A stretch of 64,000 bases of DNA from Sphyrna mokarran. Lineage: Eukaryota. This document shows positions 1 through 11,780 of this stretch, in pieces (within the stretch, counting starts at the first letter, position 1; every line of letters begins with the position of its first letter). Made by a program: the position numbers and the translations under genes. The stretch spans positions 50,220,001 through 50,284,000 of the forward strand of contig JAGIQG010000017.1 in NCBI GenBank assembly GCA_024679065.1, written 5' to 3'. The notes below the pieces were generated by a model that saw nothing but the letters and a program-made list of their open reading frames with translations, searched no databases and was not told the DNA's origin.

Positions 1-45
1 ATACTAGCCAGCCACTGATGCCCATGTCCCATGAGTTAATTTTTA
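1..45 (+). mobile_element. 3' tail of tRNA-derived SINE ('family C' here)
   Basis: ccagccactgatgcccatgtcccatga matches the tail of the copy at 7350-7693. Confidence 0.6.
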
Positions 46-46
46 A

Positions 47-140
47 AAATCTGACGATAGGTCAATTTGATCTGAAATGTTAACTCAGCTTCTCTGAAAG
101 AATGCTGTCTGATCTGCTGGGTATTTCCAGAATTTTTTTT
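47..140 (+). mobile_element. Penelope-like element terminal (pLTR-derived) fragment with hammerhead-like core
   Basis: CTGACGA-t-AGGTCA-att-TGATCT-GAAA-tgtt followed by gctgtctgatctgctgggtatttccag, same family as 47085-47207. Confidence 0.65.
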
Positions 141-576
141 AAATTTGCAAACATGAGTTTCTTGACAGATTCTACAAGTCTGAAGGAGAGCAACTATATC
201 AAACAGAGATTATAAATTAGTCACGTGGATTACAGAATCAAAGAGTTCTACTGAGGGTAAAACATAATTTGCTTTCATTTCTGTTTTGGAACATGCCAAA
301 ACGTATCAATTAGTTGTAACAATAAGCTGTGGGGAGGGGTGTTAATTTGTCTGGATGCTTCTCACAGAAGGCAACAACAGCTCATCCAGAATAGCTCAAT
401 CAAATCTCATCTCAAACTTCCCTTCTCAAAAGAGACGCTCTCCCTGAAAATTGCATTGCAATGTAATCTCACGGTGAAGTGCGAGGGAAAATGAATCACA
501 CAGAGGGGGTGCAGGAAAGATTTATAAGAATTGCTCCAGTGATGAGCCACTTCGGTTATGAGGACAGATTAGAAAA

Positions 577-962
577 ACCTTCTCTAAACTGCTTCTACAG
601 CAATAAGTTATTTTTTCAAATAAAAATTTCAAAACCAAGTACAGTATTCCAGATGTGGTCTCACTAAGGCTCTATACAGTTGCAGTAAAATTTCCCCATT
701 TTTATATTTTATTTCCTTTGCCTTCACAATCGCTTGCTGTACCTGCGTACCAGATTTATGGGAATCATGCATCAGGTCACCCAGATCATCCTGTACCAGA
801 ATCCTACAATCTCTCTCTATTTAAATAATACTTCTCCATCCTTCTTGCGAGAGTTCATATCTACCCACGTTATAATCCATCTGCCACATTTTTGCCCACT
901 CACTTAATCTATCTACATCCCTTTATAGATCTTCTAACCTCTTCCTGACAGCTTGCTTTCTT
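577..962 (-). mobile_element. Old CR1 LINE ORF2 fragment (with a short + strand CR1 piece at ~495-575)
   Basis: Reverse strand encodes degenerate [13 protein letters not shown] motif; adjacent + ORF gives VQERFIRI..GYEDRLE. Confidence 0.7.
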
Positions 963-963
963 A

Positions 964-1380
964 ACTCTGACAAAAGGTCATCTAGACTCAAAACATTGTT
1001 CTATTCTCTCCCCAAGGGCGGCATGGTAGCACAGTGGTTAGCACTGCTGCTTCACAGCTCTGGGGACCTGGGTTCGATTCCCAGCTTGGGTTACTGTCTG
1101 TGTGGAGTTTGCAAATTCTCCTCGTGTCTGCATGGGTTTCTTCCCACAGTCCAAAGTTGTGCAGGTTAGGTTGATTGGCCATGCTAAAATTGCCCCTTAG
1201 TATCCTGAGATGCGTTAGTTAGAGGGTAATGGGTAAAGTATGTAGGGATATGGGGGTAGGGCCTGGGTGGGATTGTGGTTGGTGCGGACTGAATGGCCTC
1301 TTTCTGTACTGTAGGGTTTCTATTACTTTTATGATACTGTCAGACTTGCTGAGATTTTCCAGCATTTTCTGTTTTTGTGC
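964..1380 (+). mobile_element. Penelope-derived terminal fragment split by an HE1 SINE (parts 964-1015 and 1333-1380)
   Basis: ctgacaaaaggtcatctagactcaaaac...ctctcccc resumes as gatactgtcagacttgctgagattttccagc after the SINE; contiguous in the 47085-47207 copy. Confidence 0.7.
1016..1334 (+). mobile_element. HE1-type V-SINE (tRNA head, V domain, CR1 tail)
   Basis: A-box-like tagcacagtgg, B-box ggttcgattcc, V domain gtgtctgcatgggtttc..cccacagtccaaag, CR1-type tail gaatggcctctttctgtactgta. Confidence 0.9.
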
Positions 1381-2035
1381 GTTTCCTACCCAATGTCATC
1401 AGCTACCACACACTCGGTCTCTTCATCCAAATCACCAACCTTTCAGACCCAAGTCATTCGCTATCATTGACGAGAGATAAGAGATTTCACAGCAATGAGG
1501 CAATAATTAGCTTGTCTGTTAAGTGAGAAAATTTACTCCCTGGATTTAGACACCAATGTCACATCTAGAAACTTTGCAGACAAACAATGCCATAAAGCGT
1601 CAGACAGGGTTTCACTTTGGAGAGCTTTCTGATTTTTAGCAGTTTGCTGCACTAATTCACTTCTTGGTGAGCTGACAGGACACATTCACTGACCAGTATG
1701 CCAACAAACATGTCTATATACGCTGGTACGTCCCCTTCACCATCCTTTCAGGAAAAGGCCGGGGGAATTTAGAGTCCTGTGCTCAGACACACACACTAAA
1801 TTGCCCACCTGTAGCACAAGTAGCTCATCTGGCAGCTTCCTCTTTGGACATACACCAACCAATTTCACTGTGCTCACTCACATGGTCCAGTAAGGCCAGG
1901 TGCAGGATCAGATAGATCCACACGGCCAGTCTCAAAAGAAGAGATACGTGGAGCAATCACCAGCGTGAACACCAAAGACGTCAATTCACAATCATTTCAA
2001 TTCACCAGTTTAAAACTAGAGTTTCCATGTCTTTT

Positions 2036-2320
2036 AAGTTTGAGTTTATTACTAGGTGTGACGAGTAAGCTTATATTAACATTGCAACAAAGTTACTGTA
2101 AAAACTTCCTAATCGCCACATTCTGGCGCCTGTTTGGATACACTGAGGTCAATCTAGCACAGCTAATGCACCTCACCAGCATGTCTGTCAGACTGTGGAA
2201 GGAAACTGGAACACTCAGAAGAAACCCATGCAGACATGGGGAGAACATACAAACAATGACCCAACCAGGAATTGAACCTGGCCATTGTGAGGCATCGGTG
2301 CTAACCACTGTGCCACCAAA
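2036..2320 (-). mobile_element. V-SINE with non-CR1 tail ('family B')
   Basis: Reverse complement of tRNA head and V domain, with tail ..cagtaact..gttaatataagcttactcgtcacacctagtaataaact. Confidence 0.85.
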
Positions 2321-2894
2321 TTAATCCATTTCATGCTGTCAATCAGAGAATTTTTCCTGTTTTTCAGAGCCAGGGGATTTCCACCTAGCTGCCCAAACAT
2401 GTTTCCCCTACTCCTTTTCCTTTAGAAAATTGTTTTAAAACATTAACTATCACTTTAATATATACATCCTCCTTCATTCAGTGCAATTAGGTTAGAATGG
2501 TTCCACCCTCCTTGTAAAGCGGACCTGGCACAACTCTCAGCTCATTCTGTAGAACTAAAGACCGACCGGAAGCTAATTGGGCGCCCTTGCAATGTGAACA
2601 AGCGGTTAGAATTAAAGCAATTATTATTTCCGATATCTACTGAATGACTTCACAGCAGGAAACTGGAAGGTCAACTCTCAAGTTTCCAAGGATGGAATTC
2701 AGGAAGTATCAGGATTCCCTCAGCTCTATATTTACTTCGGGAACAATAACCTCTTCACCTACTTACTCTCCAAAAGGCTCCTCTACTTGAACCAGTTCCA
2801 GTAATCTCTCAACAAACTTCACACTTTCCTCTCATACTAGAGGTTCAGCTAATCAGACTTGCAGTGAGGAGCATTACTGTCACATCAATGTGGG

Positions 2895-3425
2895 GATCAT
2901 ATTCTCAGAAGGCCAAGGAAATTTGGCATGTCAGCTACAACTCTCACCAACTTTTATAGATGCACCATAGAAAGCATTCTGGCCGGTTGTATCACAGCTT
3001 GGTATGGTTCCTGCTCTGCCCAAGACCACAAGGAACTATAAAACGTTGTGAATGTAGCCCAGTCCATCATTCAAACCAGCCTCCCATTCATTGACTCTGT
3101 CTACACTCACCACTGCCTCGGAAAAGCAGCCAGTATAATTAAGAATCCCATGCATTCTCTTCCACTTACCGTTGGGAAAAAGATACAAAAGTCTGAAGTC
3201 ACATACCAACCAATCTAAGAACAGCTTCTTCCCTGCTGCCATCAGACTTCTGAATGGACCTACTTTGCATTAAGTTGATCTTTCTCTACACCCTAGCTAT
3301 AAATGTAACATTATATTCTGCACTCTGTCCTTTCCTTCTCCATGAACGGTATGCTTTGTCCATTTAGCACCCAAGAAGCAATACTTTTCACTGTACTAAT
3401 ACATGTAACAATAATAAATCAAATC
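2895..3425 (+). mobile_element. Rex1/Babar-type LINE 3' fragment
   Basis: Encodes KFGMSATTLTNFYRCTIESILAGCITAWYGSCSAQD; ends aataataaatcaaatc. Confidence 0.8.
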
Positions 3426-3929
3426 GTATTTTTTGATTTTTGCACTTGTTGGCCAAAGATGGTGGAAGAGACTGGGTAAGCACAATGTCCTTTCTCTGTA
3501 ATCATCCCAGCACTTACATAGCCAATTTTATTCAAGTTATGGTCACATTCTTCCAAACATAGCAGTGGGGACTTGTTAACGAGTTTGAGTGCTATCATTA
3601 TTTCTATCAGTAGATGCATGAGTCTATTCAGGCTGTTACTTCAGGACACTGTTTAATCTTCACCTTTTCAATCACTGGTGAGGATGCATGCATCTAACCC
3701 AGCTTCTCACAGGTGCTGTGACTGACCTACACACACTCTGCATGCAGTTATAGCCCATCCATTTCTCCAGAATCATTCCCCAGGACAGACAAACTTCCAT
3801 GCAGTTGAGGTCCCGAGAAATGCTCAACTGCTTTCCTTATAAAAGCAGGGCCAAAATGACATCTTTCAATTCCAGCAGACTCTGGATTGCAAATTTACAG
3901 ATGTGCCTCAAATTCTTGAACAATCTTGC

Positions 3930-4135
3930 GGTACTATTCGAGAAGCAAAGAGCTCACCCAGTGCATTGGCAAATATTTCCCCTCAAAGACATCACACTCC
4001 TGTGAATGAATCTGTTGTTGCCTTCCATACACTGCACCAATTACACTTCAAACCAAGTTCATTAAATGAAGCGTTTGGAGAGTTTCCAAGGTCATTAAGA
4101 TTGTTATATAAACGTAGTTCCTTTCTTTTCTCTTT
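3930..4135 (+). mobile_element. Degenerate DeuSINE (SacSINE1-like) 3' part
   Basis: ttggcaaatatttcccctcaa...acacttcaaa..gttcatt..aagcgtttgg..tatataaacgtagttcctttc resembles the 52555-52910 copy. Confidence 0.5.
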
Positions 4136-4810
4136 ATTTCACCAAAAGGTGTTGTGTTTTATTTTGTAGATGTTTGCAGACACTGAGATAAACCCAACTC
4201 CCAGTACTGAATGGAGAAGGTATGGCCAGCTGCATTTTTCAAAAGTTCCTTTAATGTGACGGCTGATTACATGAATAACGGAAAGATTTCATGAACTGAT
4301 GATAGAATGAGCCATCTCACCACTTGTTTTTGATGCATTATGATAAACCTTATTAATTCTTCATGCCACCACAGCATGATGTTAGTGTACCTTTAAATCA
4401 CGTTCTCTGCAGTTCTCACAGCCTCAGCATTTTCCATTGTTGCTGAGCTGTCTGGGGAAGTCCTTTTATTGCTACTTCAATGGCTTAAATGGGGTTTTAT
4501 TTATTTTTACTATGGGCCTCAGGTGCTTTCTGGGATTGTTTTATGATCCTGAACTGTTAGAAGGAAGACAGTTTTTTTTTTCATAGTGAATTCAAGGTTT
4601 CATTTTCTGTTTCGCTGTTGGCTGGCGTTTTTGTTTAGAAGGGGTGGATGTCAGACTAAAAACAGTGTCTTTCTCTCTCTCTCCCTGGTACTGGAAATTC
4701 TGCTGGTTAATTGATAGTAAGGCTTTTTGCGTTTCTGAAGTGGAAAATCTGCTTTTGATGGTTGGCTTGTCGAGAGTCTCTCTCTCTCTCCCTGGCGTTC
4801 TGGGAAGCTG

Positions 4811-5016
4811 GCAGAGTAAGGCATCTCACAACACTAGATTAAAGTCCAACTGGTTTATTTGAAATCATGAGCTTTCAGCGTACTGCTGTTCACTCACCTG
4901 ATGAAGGAGCAGGACTCCGAAAGTTTGTAATTCAAATAAACCTGTTGGGCTTGAACCTGCTGTTATGAGACTTCTTGCTGTGTCCCCCTCCCCAGTCCAA
5001 TGCTGGCATCTCCACA
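4811..5016 (+). mobile_element. Palindromic Penelope-derived non-autonomous element
   Basis: Arms ~4811-4895 and ~4900-4985 are imperfect reverse complements; flanked by ttctgggaa(g/a)ctg at 4798-4810 and 5017-5029. Confidence 0.8.
4894..4930 (+). ncRNA. Minimal hammerhead ribozyme motif (degenerate)
   Basis: tcac-CTGATGA-a-GGAG-cagga-CTCC-GAAA-gttt-gtaa. Confidence 0.6.
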
Positions 5017-6289
5017 TTCTGGGAAACTGCTCTGACTTCAAACTGTTCTGGGTGTATCCAGAGGGCTGCCAGAAGTTACAAGGTTGAGAAGTCAGAGCTT
5101 TAATTCTCAACCAAAGGATTGAAGCTTGTTCTGACTCCAAGTATGTGTGTGTGTGCCTCAAGAGAATTGCAAAATTCAAGCCAATGCTTAAATTCCAGTA
5201 TCCAATGAGCATTAGTCTTTGCTGTGTTAAACCTGTGGCAATGGTTTTGTTTATGAGATTCATTTCATTGGAATGGTGTTTAGCTTGTAAAGTTGATACT
5301 ATAATCGCGATTTATTTTCCCTCGTTTATAATTGGTAAAAGTTATTGCTAATTTTCTTTCTATGCATGTTAACTGTATTTTAAATAAACTTTGTTCGATA
5401 AAAGCTCCCTAGTGGGTCATTTGAATCAGTCCATCCAGTGAAATTTCTTTTGCTCAACCTTGCCAAATTCAAATTGCAAAATATGATCCAGGCAGACTTC
5501 ATAAAACACTTTGGGGTTTTTGATCTGAATTATAACAACAGCAAAGTTTTTTTCTTAAATGAGTGAAGTGTTTGCTTAATGCACACATTAAGAAAATAAG
5601 GATTACGTGCAAGTTTTCAGCAAATTGCCAAACTGCCATTTTTCTTCCTCTCAATATTTCTCCCTCTCTACAGCTTATATATTTTAGGTAATTAGATATA
5701 TTATTCTCATATGATGTTTACATCTGCAGAACACGAGATCAAAAATCAGAACCCAAAACCAGATTCCCGTCCAAAGTGTTTGCTGCGCTTACAAAGCAAC
5801 AAAATATGAGACCATTTACCCTAGTGATAAAGTCTATTTGCTGTTAAACAGGCAAGACATTTTCGAATCACCGTTACAAATTATGCCAGAAGATCTTCAA
5901 CGTATGTGAACTAGTTTTCCTTAACGCTGCAGTAAACAGAATGGTGTCCCAATTCTTGATGGGAATACCTCCAGCTGAATCTCATCCATGAATTTCCAAT
6001 CCGATAATGCAATGCACCAAAAGGCTGCTGCACATCTCACAACCTCCCCGTCTACCCATTAGATAAGAAATTATTTTTCTGTCATTCACATTGCAAGAGT
6101 CAAGTACAGAAATGAGAATATAGCAGATAACCGACCGATCCCAAAAGAAACACCAAAATCTCAGAATAATCTAATCCATTCATTTAGTTAAATGGCCAAT
6201 CCTTCTATTAAATGTTGCACATTTTGTGCAATCTTCCCCCAATCCACTCATAAAAGGGTTAACATCCCATACCACAAACCCCCACCACT

Positions 6290-6535
6290 GAAAACCCCCT
6301 ATTGCCACACTCGGCACCTGCTCGGGTACACTGAGGGAGAATTTAGTACAGCTAATCCATCTGGCCAGCATGTCTTTTGGACTGCAGGAGAAACTGGAGC
6401 ACCTGGAGGAAACCTGCACAGATATGGGGAGAATGTGCAGGCTCCACACAGATAGTGACCCAAAACTGGGAATTGAACCCAGGTTCCTGGCACTGTGAGG
6501 CAGTAGTGCTAACTACTGTGCCACCATGCCTCCCA
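6290..6535 (-). mobile_element. V-SINE family B
   Basis: Reverse complement head ggcatggtggcacagtagttagc, V domain, start of family-B tail. Confidence 0.85.
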
Positions 6536-6963
6536 CTCATTATTCATTTTCTTGTGAAATAGAGACAGGGCAAAATGCTGAGAGAGATGGAGTGAAATTT
6601 CACACCATTAGAGATTGCTGATTTCAAACCAAAACACTAACAGTTAAAGGATATTCTGTTGGCAAACTTGCCGATTACATTTGGTGTTTCATGATGATTT
6701 CTGACTGATTCACTGCGAAGTGAATCAATTCATTCCTGATATAATATCTATTTGTACATATTATCTATGAAGATTCTTATTGTGCAGATTACTGATTGTA
6801 TCCAAGTAAAACCAGATTGATTTCTGCCAAGTCCCAGGAAAGTGATTGTTGCACTAATAGCCAAAGCATTTGCTGTACTGATACCTTCTGTACTTCTTGC
6901 CACTTTATATATCTTGCAAGGAACAAGGATGGACTCAAACTGCGCACAATCTAGGATGTATGA

Positions 6964-7200
6964 CATGGAAACAGGCCATTCAGCCCAACTAGCCTATGCT
7001 GACCTAAACGTAAAATTGTAACCATCTACTCACTTCTCCCTCAAATGTCTGTCTACCTTTCCTTCGAGTAATTTATATTATTTACTTCAACCACTCCCAG
7101 TGGTAGAGAGTTCCAGAATTCTGATCGCTCTTTGGGTAAAGAAGCATCTTCTGAATTTCCTGTTGGCGTGTTTGGTGACTATCTTCTACTGATATCTTCT
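6964..7200 (-). mobile_element. Old CR1 3' end
   Basis: catggaaacaggccattcagccc tail and ttcaaccactcc..agagttcca 3' ORF2 motif. Confidence 0.6.
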
Positions 7201-7349
7201 TGAAGAAGCTACTCTCTTATCCCCAGGAGGAACTATTGTGTATGATTTATTCCTTCACTCTTGGCATGTCTCCCATATTTGACCCTCCGTGAATTTGGTG
7301 TTATCCAAAATCTGCAGCTAGTTCCATTCTTCGATCATCCCTGGCCTGG

Positions 7350-7693
7350 AAAGGTGATGGAGGAGTGGTATCGCCACTGGACTAGTAACCCAGAGACCAA
7401 GGTTAATGCTCTGGGGATTTGGATTCGGATTCCAGCATCACAGATTGTGAAATTTGAATTCAATAAAAGTCTGCAATTAAAAGGCTACTGAACATGAAAT
7501 CATTGTTGATTGTTGTAAAAAAACTCATCTGGTTCACTGTGTCCTTTAGGGAAGGAAATCTGTCTCTCTCACCTGGTCTGGCGTACATGTGACTCCAGAT
7601 CTGTAACAACGTGGTTGACTCTTAAATGCCCAGAGGAATGGGCAATAAATGCTGGCCCAACCAGCAATGCCCACATCCCATGAATAAATAAAA
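7350..7693 (+). mobile_element. tRNA-derived SINE family C (full length)
   Basis: gtggtatcgccactggactagtaacccagag head, ggaaggaaatctg..catgtgactccag body, gggcaataaatgctggcc..cccacatcccatgaat tail. Confidence 0.85.
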
Positions 7694-7719
7694 ACCTACA
7701 CTGGCTCTAAGGCAGGCAA

Positions 7720-8030
7720 TGCCTTGATTTTAAATCTCTCATCCTTGTTTTCAAATCCTTCCATATCCTCATCTCTCCCACCTCTGTAATCTCCTCAAAC
7801 CCTACGATCCTCAGAGATACCCATACTTTGATTCAGGCCTCGTATGAATTCCAAGTTTAATTGCCTCACCTTTGCTATGCCTTCAGTTGCCTGAGACCCA
7901 ACGCTGCAACTCCCTCCCTACACCACTCTTCCTTGCTTTCCTCTTTTCATTTCTTAAAACCTACCTATTTGACTAAGCTTTTGGTCATCTGATTAATATC
8001 TTTGCGATTTAGTTTCACGCATTTTTTTTT
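7720..8030 (+). mobile_element. L2-like LINE 3' fragment (tail appears to resume at ~8960-9040)
   Basis: ttgattttaaatctctcatccttgttttcaaatcc..gccttcagttgcct..cttaaaacctacctatttgac, typical of an L2 3' end. Confidence 0.6.
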
Positions 8031-8061
8031 TTATAAACAGTCGTTTAATGCAGAACATGAT

Positions 8062-8960
8062 TATTGCTCAAAAAGAGACACGTTGAAGTTTTTCATCTTA
8101 CATTCATCAGGACACTTCGCAAGAACACCAGTACAAGAAGAAAACTACTCTATGAGAAGAAAATGCTAATTGATTGGCAAATAGACTCAGTGATAGAACT
8201 ATTTCCATGGAGGATGCACCAGGTTTGAAATTTAATCATGGCACTTTGACCTGGATTGGTCATTGCCCTGAGGAATGAACCAGCGAATGGCTGTCACTTA
8301 TTTTGTTTAGCCGAGACAGGCACAATGTGCATAACAGTCCTTTCTGTCTGCAAAGGACTGGGCCCTATGTATTCATAGATTTAGTTTCCAGTACACACAA
8401 ATGCACCACACTGCAAGCCCAACTAATAATGTTAAATTGGTTGTGGCATAAATTTTATCACACAGAGGGTTAATTAGCAAATGTTGTCCTGTTGTGGAAT
8501 CATATCGAATGTTGGAAAAACTGTTTTAAATTTTGTAAGCACTGGCTGATTGAGCCTTGTATCTTGTTTGTATCTTGCCCTGTTGAGAGTAGTGGAAGAG
8601 ACATGTGGTTTGATACAATCGGCCAGTCTTTGGGATGCACGGCCTACGCACACTGCATCACATTGGCACTGAAATTTAAATGCCACATTACTCATTTGTG
8701 AGATAGGCAGAATGCCTTTTTTGGTTTGATGGCAGCATTGTGTTAGTAGGGAATACCACTCATATTGCTACTGCAGCATGATATAGCTGGCTTCACCTGG
8801 TGCTTCAATATTTGAGATACTTTGCCTTCCAGGGTAATCAGAGGTAGACAGGGCACTTTTTGGGCTGGGAAATAAAGGCCTTCAGACTGTCCAAGGGTTT
8901 GCATGATATAAAATATGAAGAAACATGATCAGGGTAATCATTGTCCCACAGGATGCCTGA
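8062..8960 (-). mobile_element. Penelope-like element 3' fragment with decayed GIY-YIG endonuclease
   Basis: ORF 8474-8695 SNVAFKFQCQCDAVCVGRASQRLADCIKPHV fits the NVVY..C.C...YVG.T...L..R...H pattern; upstream KKCPVYL*LPWK; stop codons and frameshifts present. Confidence 0.8.
8082..8113 (-). ncRNA. Hammerhead-like core at the Penelope 3' terminus
   Basis: Minus strand gtc-CTGATGA-at-gtaag-at-GAAA-aacttc-aac. Confidence 0.45.
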
Positions 8961-9489
8961 TTCCTTTTTTGTGCCATTTTCATATAATGCTTCTGTGAAA
9001 TCCCTTGGACATTGTATTATGTTACAGGCACTGTATCACTTGTTGATTCTAGGGTCATCTTTGAAAATTTTCTCTGCATCCTCCCTCGTACCTCTTTATC
9101 CTTTCTATAACATAGCAAGCAGAATTGCACGCACTATTGTCATGTGTCTAACCAAGGTTTAGCGCAAGCTCTGTGTAAATTATTTTCAATGCGATCTCTC
9201 TAGAAATAAAGCCCTGTGCTTGCTTTGCTTCATAAATGGCCTTGCCAATCACTGACACAATTTCTATCTGTACTCAGATTTCTTTGCTGAGTCATAAGCT
9301 GCCTTGAGTTATGAAGAGGGGCTGAGGAACAAGAGCTTTTCAGTTTGGCTGGAAGATGTCTGAAAATGTTCAATATTTCTGCAGGGCAGAGTTGGCAAGA
9401 ATGCAGCACAGATGGACTTGGGTGAGGCTGGAAAAACAGTGGCAGCAGAGGATTGGAGCGGGAGGAGGGGGGACCGTGATGAGCATCTG

Positions 9490-10290
9490 AACATACGAAC
9501 CAAGAGTGGGAATAGGCCATTCAGCACCTCTATTCGATATCCTGATTACAATCTCAAGTTCACATTCCCACCTACTATGACAATCATTCACCTCCTCACT
9601 TATCAAGAATCATCTACCTACATCTGCCTTCAAAACATTCAAATACTTTTCTTCATTGCCTTGTGAGGAAGAGAGCTCTCAACTCTCAGAGAAAAAGGTT
9701 CCCTTCATTTCTATCTTAAATGAGTGGCTCCTTATTTTTAAACAATGTGCCTAGTTCTGGATTCTCCCATAACAGGAAACATTCTCTCCTCATCCACTTT
9801 GTCAATAACCCTCAGGATCTTGTATATTTCACTCAAGTCACCTCTTACTCCTCTAAGCTCCAGCACATATAAACCTAACTTGCCCAACCTTTCCTCAGAA
9901 GACAATCTGCTCATTCTTGGTATTAGTCTATTACAGCACCTCTAAACTGCTTCCAATGCATTTGCATATTTTCTTGAATAAGGAGACCGACAGTGCTTCA
10001 GATGTGTTCTCACTAATGTCCTGTAAAATTGAAGCATAACCTCCCGACTTTGTTGTATTCAATTCCTCTCACAATAAATGATAGCCTTCTATTTGCTTTC
10101 CTGATTACATGTTGTACCTGTGATTCATGCACTAGGATAATCATAACTCTCTGCACCTCTCACCATTTGGGTAATAGGCTTCTTTTTTATTCTTCCTGTC
10201 AAAATGGACAATTTCACATTTTCCCACATCATAATCCATTTGTCGGATCTTTGCCCGTTCGCTCAACCTCTTTATATCCTTCTGTACCCT
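9490..10290 (-). mobile_element. Old CR1 3' fragment
   Basis: aacatacgaac..ggaataggccattcagc tail and degenerate ORF2 C-terminus on the reverse strand. Confidence 0.75.
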
Positions 10291-10559
10291 CTAGTGCTGA
10301 ACCGAATGTCACTGTCTTTTCCTGGTATCCATAGCTTCGCTCTCAAGTCCTGCAGTGTGGGTCACTAATGCACCAGGCTGTTTTTGCAAAAATGGTGATA
10401 ATAACTGCAAAGATCATATTTTGAACTACTTGCTTTAATTGCTTCCACAATTCAGGATCCAAAACTGGTCCCAGGTCTCCATTCTTTAACCCACTAGGGT
10501 ATCAGGGTCCTTCAGCGAGCTATTGAGCTGGGAGATAAGGAACTGTTCAAAGATTCAAC

Positions 10560-11260
10560 ATTAAAGGACAAAGCACGGTTGTTGAATCTCGAAGACATTA
10601 CTAATTCAGTCATTAGCATACTGGACATCGTCTAATAATGCTGTCAACATGATCTCCCAAGATATATGTTAAGGTTCCGCACAAAAAAATCATGTGCAAG
10701 AACTAGAGCGTGGAATTGGCTTTCCCCTGTGACATGTTATTAATTAGTGGAAGAAAGGAGATAGAGAGTGGAAATAAATGTTTTGTCCTCTGTTAAGTGG
10801 ATGTGTCAAGTGGTGTTTGGTATGGAACTGGGCAGCACAGTGACACAATGGTTAACACTGCTGCCTCACAGAACTGGGGATTCCATTCCCGGCTTGAGTC
10901 ACTGTCTGTGTGGAGTCTGCATGTTCTCCCCGTGTCTGCATGAGTTTCCCCCGGGTACTCCAGTTTCCTCCCACAGTCTGAAAGACGAGCTGGTTAAGTG
11001 CATTGGCCATGCTAAGTCCCCCCTCAGTGTGTCCAAATAGGTGCCACGGTGTGGCAACTAGGGGATTTTCACAATAACTTCAATGCACTGTTAATGTAAT
11101 GCCTACTTGTGACACTAATAAATAAACTTAAACTTACTAGGGGCTGAGTTGTTCACCATATACATGAATGACTTAGATTAAGAAATATGGAGCAACATAT
11201 CAATGCTGGCACCAAGTTAAAATTTGTGCAGATGGGAGATTGGAAGCTACAAAAATCATT
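10560..11260 (+). mobile_element. Very old CR1 RT fragment interrupted by a SINE
   Basis: Degenerate KVPH..L..K and TIYMNDL motifs on either side of the SINE. Confidence 0.5.
10830..11136 (+). mobile_element. V-SINE family B (full length)
   Basis: gggcagcacagtgacacaatgg head to ..gtgacactaataaataaacttaaactt tail. Confidence 0.9.
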
Positions 11261-11729
11261 TGGGTTGAGCATTGCGGGGGGTGCTGGAGTGCTTTAACAC
11301 TCGACACTCATGCTGGTTTTTACACTGGCTATGAAAATCTCTGGGTAAAGTGAATAACGGCAGGGTAAGGATGAGGCAAACTGCCATCTCATTCAACCAG
11401 AAGAACCACCAAGCAACCCATATAGGGTAAAACTGGCAACTGGAAGTTTAAATCTCCTACACAGGTACTGTGGATGTATGAGAATTGGGACTTTGTCAGA
11501 ATTGTGCATTTATTGTACTAATTGTGATTGTTTGACAGTAGCATTGAAGCTGAACAATCTTAGCTGAACAACTGAGACCTGAAGGCTCTCAGTTTGTTGA
11601 ACCTCCGTGGCCTTTTAGCCTCAATCCTACAATCACCATGCACTAAAGTCAAGGTCTCAACACACATCAGTGACATAAGTTGCATCAGACGCCTCTCTCC
11701 ATATCAGAAGATTTGTGCCATAATATACA

Positions 11730-11780
11730 CGTGTGTGTGTGTGTCTCATTCGTGTTAAAAGAATATATATATATATATAC
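11730..11780. repeat. (TG)n and (TA)n microsatellites
   Basis: gtgtgtgtgtgtgt and atatatatatatatata. Confidence 0.8.

Larger units (their letters stand above)
4480..5537 (+). mobile_element. Probable solo LTR (Gypsy-like); 5' boundary uncertain
   Basis: T-rich body with CT tracts, AATAAA near 5383 and a terminal ...tataaCA; no internal ORF. Confidence 0.45.

Noticed and set aside
1016-1090. tRNA genes
   Set aside because: The A/B-box sequences are SINE heads continuing into V domains, with no complete cloverleaf
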